From: a bacterium
GTDB lineage: Bacteria; Patescibacteriota; Microgenomatia; UBA1400; PJMF01
Reading direction: 5' to 3'
DNA length: 43,542 nucleotides
NCBI GenBank assembly: GCA_900299405.1
Contig: OMJP01000011.1
Span: 1-43,542, forward strand
The translations under genes were made by a program, and so were the position numbers. The notes under the pieces are model-generated. The model was not told the origin of the DNA, ran no database searches, and saw nothing but the letters and a program-made list of their open reading frames with translations. Of the stretch, positions 18,346-25,183 are shown piece after piece; position 1 is the first letter of the stretch, and the number at the start of each line of letters is the position of its first letter.

Positions 18346-18576
18346 TTATTTGTTTTTTCCAAAATAAGGGTAATCTTCGTCGCGCATCTTTTTGCCAGGT
18401 GGATTTCCTGGCGGTGTGAGGAGGGAAGAGCTTGCTGTCTCTCCAGGAATGGGGGGGTGGTCGCAGGCTGGCTGCCCTTCCTGAATAACGCGACCGAAGC
18501 CATCGGTCGTGTCAGTGCGTTTGCCTTGAAGGCCGTGTTTGCAGGTGCAGGGCACCTGCAGTTGTCCATTTGGCAT
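18346..18576 (-). CDS. candidate 76-aa Cys/Pro/Gly-rich microprotein (alternatively a structured RNA)
   Basis: SD GAGAGGAG lies 8 nt before ATG 18576; TAA at 18346; a terminator follows 20 nt later. The peptide is MPNGQLQVPCTCKHGLQGKR...YPYFGKNK. No family recognised. Confidence 0.4.
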   Translation of the reverse strand: MPNGQLQVPCTCKHGLQGKRTDTTDGFGRVIQEGQPACDHPPIPGETASSSLLTPPGNPPGKKMRDEDYPYFGKNK

Positions 18577-18678
18577 ATTGCCAATCTCCTCTCGGGCTTT
18601 TAGCCCAATGATGTTGGTTCTTAATAGTTTTCCAGCTGGCACACGCGTTGTGTGAGGCTAGAGCCCTAATTAAGACAG

Positions 18679-18703
18679 GGAGATACCATATATCTCCTTT
18701 TTT
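18679..18703 (+). terminator. orphan plus-strand terminator-like hairpin (also sequesters an SD and uORF start on the minus strand)
   Basis: GGAGATA-ccata-TATCTCC followed by T6. No plus-strand gene lies upstream within 1.4 kb. Confidence 0.4.
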
Positions 18704-18786
18704 CAACCTGCTGAGAAACAACAGGCTGCATAAAGAGACGATTTTAATTTTTTAAAGTTCTTATTTTTTCATTTTAAAACAAAAAA

Positions 18787-18805
18787 CCCGCCTGTTCTTG
18801 GCGGG
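18787..18805. terminator. bidirectional intrinsic terminator
   Basis: CCCGCC-tgttctt-GGCGGG. The minus strand continues UUUUUUGUUUU and the plus strand GGUGUUUGUUUUAUUUUUU. Confidence 0.75.
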
Positions 18806-18829
18806 GGTGTTTGTTTTATTTTTTCTTAT

Positions 18830-18904
18830 TTAGCAATCGCAAACACCACCACCTTCGAAAAAGCGGTTAATGATCAATTGGTATTTGACGGTCAACGATT
18901 TCAT
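18830..18904 (-). CDS. candidate 24-codon micro-ORF MKSLTVKYQLIINRFFEGGGVCDC
   Basis: Own translation. It has its own promoter-like element upstream and a strong terminator 24 nt after TAA. Confidence 0.3.
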   Translation of the reverse strand: MKSLTVKYQLIINRFFEGGGVCDC

Positions 18905-18914
18905 GACAACTACT

Positions 18915-18942
18915 ATTCTCTCAAGTTGACTCGAGATGTCAA
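18915..18942 (-). promoter_or_regulatory. sigma70-like promoter for the micro-ORF
   Basis: Minus strand reads TTGACA-N16-GAGAAT, then 10 nt to ATG 18904 (near-leaderless). The -35 lies in one arm of the inverted repeat GTTGAC-N7-GTCAAC. Confidence 0.4.
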
Positions 18943-18981
18943 CCAGGAAAAATCAGTGGTTTAGGATATAATGGAAAACAT

Positions 18982-20382
18982 ATGACACGCACTCTCGTCG
19001 CAGATACTACAAAAAAGATTGGTGAATCAGTTCTTTTACAAGGATGGGTTGATAGCAAACGCGACCACGGCAAGGTGACTTTTATCGACTTGCGCGATCG
19101 CACGGGCAAGATTCAATGCGTGGGCGTAGGGATGATGGGCGAAGTGACGATCGAGTCAGTGGTCCAGATCGAGGGCTTGGTCAAAGAGCGTCCAGAAAAT
19201 CTGGTCAACGATAAAGAACCGACTGGCGCGATTGAGTTGGAGGTCAAAGCTTATGAAATTCTCAATAAAGCCGAGGAACTGCCTTTGACGCTTGATACCG
19301 ACGGCAAAGACATCGGTGAGGAACCCCGTTTGAGACATCGTTATCTCGACTTGCGCCGCGGACGAATGCAGGACATTTTGCGCCTGCGGTCCAAGTTTTC
19401 CAGAGCCATTCGCGAACATCTCTATGACAAGGATTTCGTCGAGATCGAAACGCCAATGCTGACCAAATCTACCAAAGAAGGTGCTCGTGACTTTTTGGTG
19501 CCTTCCAGATTTCAGCCGGGTAAGTTTTATGCCCTGCCCCAGAGTCCCCAGCAATACAAACAGCTGCTAATGACTGCTGGTTTCGAGCGATATTTCCAGT
19601 TGGCTCGCTGCATTCGTGATGAAGACTTGCGGGCCGACCGCGGTTTTGAACACACTCAGGTAGATATCGAGATGAGCTTTGTGAATCGTGATCAGGTGAT
19701 GGCCAGAGTCGAAGAATTGGTCAAGGACGCTGTCAAAAAAGTCGGCGGCAAACTACAAAATGAAAAATTTCCGGTAGTGGATTATGACGAAGCGATCAAA
19801 AAATATGGCGAGGATCGGTTTGATCTGCGCACTGAGCAGGAGAAACAAGACGGCACTTTAGCTTTTGCCTGGGTAGTGAACTTTCCTTTCTTCAAAAAAG
19901 TCGACAAAGCCGATGCTGCAGAGGTGCGCGACGGTAAAAGCGGTTGGACCTTTACTCACAACCCTTTCAGCATGCCTTTGGAAGAAGATCTCGAAAAACA
20001 TCTGGAGATGGAAGATATCGGCTCGATTCGCACCACTCAGTACGACCTGGTCTGCAATGGCTATGAAGTCGGTGGTGGCAGTGTTCGCGCTCATCAGCCA
20101 GAGGTATTGATCAATACTTTCAAAGTAATGGGTTACAGTGATGAAGAAATCGAAGCCAGCGTCGGTCACATGCTGCAAGCTTTCCGTGTGGGCACCCCCC
20201 CTCATGGCGGAATTGCTCTTGGATTAGATCGCTTGGTGATGCTGCTCGCTGGTGAAGAATCACTCAAAGAAACCATTGCTTTCCCCATGACCTCCACCGG
20301 CCGCACTGCAGTAATGGATGCTCCGGAAATGGTTGGCGAAGAGCAGTTGAAAGAACTTGGAATTAAGATTGTTTCAGACTAG
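18982..20382 (+). CDS. aspS: aspartate--tRNA ligase, bacterial type, lacking the GAD insertion domain
   Basis: FYALPQSPQQYKQLLM, ARCIRDEDLRADR, GGIALGLDRLVML. 466 aa; motif 2 runs into motif 3 through only about 100 residues. Confidence 0.93.
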   Translation: MTRTLVADTTKKIGESVLLQGWVDSKRDHGKVTFIDLRDRTGKIQCVGVGMMGEVTIESVVQIEGLVKERPENLVNDKEPTGAIELEVKAYEILNKAEELPLTLDTDGKDIGEEPRLRHRYLDLRRGRMQDILRLRSKFSRAIREHLYDKDFVEIETPMLTKSTKEGARDFLVPSRFQPGKFYALPQSPQQYKQLLMTAGFERYFQLARCIRDEDLRADRGFEHTQVDIEMSFVNRDQVMARVEELVKDAVKKVGGKLQNEKFPVVDYDEAIKKYGEDRFDLRTEQEKQDGTLAFAWVVNFPFFKKVDKADAAEVRDGKSGWTFTHNPFSMPLEEDLEKHLEMEDIGSIRTTQYDLVCNGYEVGGGSVRAHQPEVLINTFKVMGYSDEEIEASVGHMLQAFRVGTPPHGGIALGLDRLVMLLAGEESLKETIAFPMTSTGRTAVMDAPEMVGEEQLKELGIKIVSD

Positions 20383-20406
20383 AGCCTTTCTCCTAAATTC
20401 CTTACA

Positions 20407-21366
20407 ATGAACCTTGTGAAAAACACCCTATTGCGTGTCTATGTGGTGCTGATGTTACTGGTGATTGGCTGGCTGTTTTGGCGAGTGGTGGATGACAAGT
20501 TGGTGGCGCGCTCGCCTGATTATCAGGTGGTGCCACTGGTCGAGAGTAAGCAGGTACCAGTCTGGGAAGCAACTGATTCACTGAGTTTGGCAGAGAGTGA
20601 GGAGCAGCTAGCAGAGGAGCTGTCGGCACAGGCTTATTTAGCGATGGAGATCGAGAGCAGAGCTTTGCTGCTAGAAAAAAACCTCGATACTTCCTTACCG
20701 CCAGCCTCTACAACCAAGCTAATGACCGCTTTGGTAGCTTTGGATTTATTTAGCCTCGATGAGGTGGTAGAGGTTTCTCCGGAAATAGCCGAGGAGCACG
20801 ATGGTGGAGGATTGGTGGCGAATGAGCGATTGACCGTCAGGAGTTTATTGATTGCTACCCTGGTGAACTCTGCCAATGATGCTGCTTATGCTTTGGCAGG
20901 TCATGCCGAAGGCGGAGAACAAGCCTTTATGGAGGAGATGAACGAGCGAGCGCTGGCGATGAAGCTCGAGAACACTCGTTTTGCCAATCCCACTGGTTAT
21001 GATGATCCGCCAAACGTTAGTACCGCCAGAGATTTGAGTATTTTGGTTTTGCAAGCCATCGACAATCCGATGATCATGGAGTGGATTAGCCTCCAGCGCT
21101 ATGAAGTAGCAGATGCCAGTGGCAGAATTCGTCACTATCTGATCAACACCAATGATCTGCTCGGCGTTGACCCTCGAGTGATCGGCGGCAAAACAGGCAC
21201 CACCGCCTTGGCCAAAGAAGTCTTGGTCACTATCGCCGAGATCGCTGGACACCAATACATCGTGATCGTAATGAATACCGAAGACCGTTATCAGGACACC
21301 CAAGCGATTCTCAATTGGCTCGGCAGCCACATTCGTTGGCAAGACGCCCTAGATCCGCTAGAATAA
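20407..21366 (+). CDS. D-alanyl-D-alanine carboxypeptidase (S11, PBP5-like), membrane anchored
   Basis: SxxK (ASTTKLMT), SxN (SANDAA) and KTG (GKTGTT) motifs; N-terminal TM helix. Confidence 0.85.
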   Translation: MNLVKNTLLRVYVVLMLLVIGWLFWRVVDDKLVARSPDYQVVPLVESKQVPVWEATDSLSLAESEEQLAEELSAQAYLAMEIESRALLLEKNLDTSLPPASTTKLMTALVALDLFSLDEVVEVSPEIAEEHDGGGLVANERLTVRSLLIATLVNSANDAAYALAGHAEGGEQAFMEEMNERALAMKLENTRFANPTGYDDPPNVSTARDLSILVLQAIDNPMIMEWISLQRYEVADASGRIRHYLINTNDLLGVDPRVIGGKTGTTALAKEVLVTIAEIAGHQYIVIVMNTEDRYQDTQAILNWLGSHIRWQDALDPLE

Positions 21367-21370
21367 CCCT

Positions 21371-22468
21371 ATGGCCACCAGATCACCACAGCCCAATCCC
21401 GTGACTTTGACCAGTGCTACCCGTGTCGGCAGGCAAGTCGTGAAGTACGGCACCGTTGCCTTGGCAGTGATGATCGTAGGACGAATGCTGCTCGGGGCTT
21501 TTGTTAGTTTTTGGCGCGCGGTCAACCCACCCCCACCACCCCCACCCACCGTTGGCTTTGGTTTGCTGCCCAAGCTGGAGTTCCCTGAGCAGGGCGAAAG
21601 CGACCGACCGACCAGCTATCGTTTGGAAACCGGTTTGGGAAATCGGCTGCCAGAACTAGATACTGACCGGGCCAAAGTATTCCTGATGCCTCGTACCGCT
21701 CCTAGCTTGCTCGCAGATCAAGAAGCCAAACAAATCGCTGCGGCCTATGGTTTTATTTTCCAACCAGATCTACTGGGCAGCAATAATTACCGCTGGACCA
21801 AGACAGGCTCTTTAAGTGCCAGTTTGGAAATGAATACTTTGACCAAAAACTTTACTTATGAAACCAACTACCTGTCCAAGCCAGAATTGATTGCCACCAA
21901 CAATACTTTGCCAGAGGAATTTGAAGCAGTTAGACGAGTGAAATCGTTCTTGGATCGAGCTGATCTACTGCCGAATGACGTAGCGACCAGTGCTGGGGAA
22001 GTGGTTTTCTTGAAATCGCTTGGCGGAGATCTAGAAGAAGCCTTCTCTTTGTCTGACGCTGACTTTCTGCAAATCAATCTCGACCGCGGCAAGGTTGACG
22101 GTCAATATAACTCCTACAGTCCTGAGCCAGAAAAAGGAGCCATCAACGCGATTTTGGCCGGTGCTTTGTCAGGAATCGAAAGTATCGTTCATTTCGAGTT
22201 TCATTACCGCCCGATAGACTATCTCTCCGCCGAGACCTATCCTTTACGCACCACTAGATCAGCTTGGCAAGTGCTGCAGTCAGGTGAGGGCTATGTGGCC
22301 GATGAAGGTGATGGGGAAGAGGCAGTCGTCAGAGCCGTCGAGCTCGGTTACTATGAAGATTGGTTCAATGAACAAGAGTACTTCCAGCCAGTCTATGTCT
22401 TTACTGGTGATGGTGGTTTTGTAGGTTACGTGCAAGCCATCGACCCAGCCTATGTTAATCAAGAATAA
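21371..22468 (+). CDS. hypothetical membrane-anchored protein with a heptaproline tract
   Basis: 365-aa ORF with a TM helix followed by NPPPPPPPTVG. No family recognised. Confidence 0.6.
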   Translation: MATRSPQPNPVTLTSATRVGRQVVKYGTVALAVMIVGRMLLGAFVSFWRAVNPPPPPPPTVGFGLLPKLEFPEQGESDRPTSYRLETGLGNRLPELDTDRAKVFLMPRTAPSLLADQEAKQIAAAYGFIFQPDLLGSNNYRWTKTGSLSASLEMNTLTKNFTYETNYLSKPELIATNNTLPEEFEAVRRVKSFLDRADLLPNDVATSAGEVVFLKSLGGDLEEAFSLSDADFLQINLDRGKVDGQYNSYSPEPEKGAINAILAGALSGIESIVHFEFHYRPIDYLSAETYPLRTTRSAWQVLQSGEGYVADEGDGEEAVVRAVELGYYEDWFNEQEYFQPVYVFTGDGGFVGYVQAIDPAYVNQE

Positions 22469-22492
22469 ATTTAAGCAAGAAAGCTAAGCTAG

Positions 22493-23929
22493 ATGACCAA
22501 TCAAGCAGTCCGTACCAGAATGGCTCCCAGTCCCACAGGCGAGATGCATGTCGGTGGTTTGGCGATGCTACTCAAAAACTATGCTTGGGCCAAGAAAAAT
22601 GGTGGTCAATTTGTGCTGCGCATCGAAGACACCGACAAAGAACGCGAAGTCGAGGGAGCGATCGAGGAAATCATGCAAGTGATTCGCGATTATGGCCTCG
22701 ATTGGGATGAGGGTCCGGACAAAGGCGGTCCGTTCGAGCCATATATCCAGTCGGCGCGTTTGGCAACTTATCAGGAACATGCCCAGCAATTAGTTGAACA
22801 AGACAAGGCTTATTATTGTTTCTGCAGTAAAGAGCGTTTGGAGAAACTACGCGAAGAGCAGCGAGCCAATCACCAGCCACCCAAATATGATCAACACTGC
22901 CGCAATTTATCGGCGGAAAAAGTCGAAGCCAAACTCGCGGCCGGCGACAACCACGTCATTCGCCTGAAAGTGCCCCATGATTACACCGTGACCTTTACTG
23001 ATTTGCTACGGGGGGAGATCTCGATCAACACCAGCGAGATTGACGACCAGGTATTGGTAAAATCAGATGGTTTTCCCACTTATCACTTGGCCGTAGTGGT
23101 AGATGATCATCTGATGGAGATTTCTCATATTCTCCGCGGCGAGGAATGGATTAGTTCCGCTCCGAAGCACGTCTTGCTTTATGAGGCCTTCGGCTGGGAT
23201 AAGCCAGTGTTTGCTCATATGCCGATTTTTCTCAACCCCGATGGCAAAGGCAAAATGAGCAAGCGCAAAGGTACGGTCTCGGCTCGCTCTTTTCTCGAAC
23301 GAGGTTATCTCCCAGCAGCGATGCTGAACTTTTTCATGATTCTCGGTTGGGCCAAAGAAGATCAGGAAGAGGTAATGACCTTGGACGAGTATATCGAGGC
23401 CTTTGATCCAGCTGATATGAGCCCCAAATCAGTAGCTTTTGATCTGCAGAAACTCGATTGGCTCAATGGTGTTTATATCCGCCAGCTGACTCAGGATGAA
23501 TTGGAGAAACAAGTTAAACAGTTCCTGCCCGCGGATTTTCCCCAAGAAAAACTTTCAGAGATCTTGCCGTTAGTCTCAGAAAGATTAGTTACTCTGGCTG
23601 ATATCGAAGAACTCACCAGCTTTTTCTATCGTGAGATCGAGATCGATAACGATTTATTACTCGCCAGAGGTAATCGGGAGCTAGTGGCCGAGCAGCTGGC
23701 AGCAACCAGCGCGGCTTTGGAAAAGCTGACTGCTTGGGACCTGGCTGGAATTGAAAAAACCCTTCGTGAGCTACAAGAGCAGCACGACTGGCACAAAGGT
23801 CAATACTTCATGATGATTAGAATCGCGGTGACTGGCAGAAAAGCCACCCCACCGCTCTTTGAAACCATGACCGTTTTAGGTCAAGAAACTACCTTACAAC
23901 GATTGGCACAGGCTGCTAAGATGAGTTAA
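22493..23929 (+). CDS. gltX: glutamate--tRNA ligase
   Basis: RMAPSPTGEMHVGG (HIGH) and KMSKRKG (KMSKS); 478 aa. Confidence 0.95.
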   Translation: MTNQAVRTRMAPSPTGEMHVGGLAMLLKNYAWAKKNGGQFVLRIEDTDKEREVEGAIEEIMQVIRDYGLDWDEGPDKGGPFEPYIQSARLATYQEHAQQLVEQDKAYYCFCSKERLEKLREEQRANHQPPKYDQHCRNLSAEKVEAKLAAGDNHVIRLKVPHDYTVTFTDLLRGEISINTSEIDDQVLVKSDGFPTYHLAVVVDDHLMEISHILRGEEWISSAPKHVLLYEAFGWDKPVFAHMPIFLNPDGKGKMSKRKGTVSARSFLERGYLPAAMLNFFMILGWAKEDQEEVMTLDEYIEAFDPADMSPKSVAFDLQKLDWLNGVYIRQLTQDELEKQVKQFLPADFPQEKLSEILPLVSERLVTLADIEELTSFFYREIEIDNDLLLARGNRELVAEQLAATSAALEKLTAWDLAGIEKTLRELQEQHDWHKGQYFMMIRIAVTGRKATPPLFETMTVLGQETTLQRLAQAAKMS

Positions 23930-23931
23930 TC

Positions 23932-24774
23932 ATGCCCCAAAAAAAGAAACTTACTCAAGCCGAACTAGTGGAACGCGTCAAACAACTTGACTTGCGCACC
24001 ACTTCGCAGCAACTACTAGCGGCTTTGTCGCTGGCTGGGCAAGTGGTACTCAACCAGCCTAATCCCGAAGGTGTCACTCCTCAAGCAATGGCCATGGAGC
24101 GAGCAGAAGATGAGGACGCCAAGCTGCTGGCCCAAGTGACCGAAGAAGAGCATCAGGAAATCATGGCCAAAATGGTAGGCTACGCCAACCGCGCCCCCGG
24201 CCATTTGGCCAAAGACGAAGAGCTTTACTTGGAGCAACAACTGTCGGACATGTTGGGTTTTCCGGTGGCTGCTGAGCTGGAGGGCAAGCGCCTCAATCAC
24301 AGCATCGGGATCATGGGCGGCGAGCAGCACTTGATGCGTTTTCCTGGAGATTCCTTGGGACAGCACGATGCTTACCAAGAAGCAGGGATTGCTCCCAACC
24401 GCGGCGCATTTGGCTGGTTTACTGAGAATGGTCAGCTGACCGAAAGAGCGGTCCAGCGAGAGAAATACTATTTTGCGGTCCAGACTTTATACCTGCCCGA
24501 CTGGAACCAAAATCATCCAGAACTCAAGCCTTGGTACAAATTTCGCAAAATGATTGTTATCAACCCGTCGGAAGAAGTGGCAGTGGTGGGTGTAGTGGGC
24601 GATGCCGGTCCAGCAGAATGGGTCAAAAAACAGTTTGGCGGTTCTCCAGAAATCATTCGTGAAGGCAAGATTTGGAGCCCCAAAGCTCATGGCAAGATTT
24701 TATTATTATTCGTTGACGATCCAGAAGATCAAATTCCTTTAGGACCGATCAATCTCCAATATGATCACAGTTAA
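23932..24774 (+). CDS. hypothetical cytoplasmic protein
   Basis: 280-aa ORF with no signal peptide, tightly coupled between gltX and ybeY. The C-terminal half (VAVVGVVGDAGPAEWVKKQFGGSPE) is vaguely DPBB-like. No confident family. Confidence 0.6.
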   Translation: MPQKKKLTQAELVERVKQLDLRTTSQQLLAALSLAGQVVLNQPNPEGVTPQAMAMERAEDEDAKLLAQVTEEEHQEIMAKMVGYANRAPGHLAKDEELYLEQQLSDMLGFPVAAELEGKRLNHSIGIMGGEQHLMRFPGDSLGQHDAYQEAGIAPNRGAFGWFTENGQLTERAVQREKYYFAVQTLYLPDWNQNHPELKPWYKFRKMIVINPSEEVAVVGVVGDAGPAEWVKKQFGGSPEIIREGKIWSPKAHGKILLLFVDDPEDQIPLGPINLQYDHS

Positions 24775-25150
24775 TTTTTTTATTGGCTCGCGCTATCCGG
24801 TGAACCGCAAACTTTTGCGTGTCAAGGTTAAAGAGGTTTTGGCCAAACACAACATTGAACATGCCCAGCTAGATGTCTCGATTGTCGGTCAGCGCAAGAT
24901 CAAAAAACTCAACGAAGAGCGCCTGAATCACAAAGGAGCCACCGACGTGCTGTCTTTTCCCCATCACGAAAAACAGCAGCTCGATGACGTGCCTTTGCCG
25001 GAAAATGTCCCCCCGCATTTGGGCGATATTGTGATAAGCTTTCCTACAGCAGTGGCTGCTGCCCGTCGTTTCGGCAAACGAGTAGATGAGCAGTTGGCTT
25101 TTTATCTTGAACATGGCTTGATGCACTTGTTGGGGTATCACCATGACTGA
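24761..25150 (+). CDS. ybeY: rRNA maturation endoribonuclease YbeY
   Basis: C-terminal HGLMHLLGYHH zinc motif; 129 aa. Confidence 0.9.
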   Translation: MITVNFFIGSRYPVNRKLLRVKVKEVLAKHNIEHAQLDVSIVGQRKIKKLNEERLNHKGATDVLSFPHHEKQQLDDVPLPENVPPHLGDIVISFPTAVAAARRFGKRVDEQLAFYLEHGLMHLLGYHHD

Positions 25151-25183
25151 TCAGCGGCTATTAACTCTAAACTACTAACTAAT

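Noticed and set aside
18340-18710. Possible known housekeeping RNA (SRP/4.5S, RNase P, tmRNA, 6S) or a known riboswitch (cobalamin, glycine, c-di-GMP-I, fluoride, preQ1) in the hairpin-rich gap
   Set aside because: By eye, neither strand has the diagnostic cores. I found no GGAAAGUCC/ACAGAACCCGGCUUA pair (RNase P). I found no tRNA-like GGUUCGAxUCC...CCA end or tag ORF (tmRNA). There is no GGAA-tetraloop helix 8 with an AGCA symmetric loop (SRP); the segment CAGGAAGGGCAGCC only resembles it superficially. There is no B12 box, and only a partial CUGGAGAGA match to the glycine motif without the ACCGAAGGGGCAA partner. The region needs cmscan to be sure.
20845-21342. 165-aa minus-strand ORF
   Set aside because: It is antisense to the PBP5-like gene, which has SxxK, SxN and KTG motifs. 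No independent signals support it.
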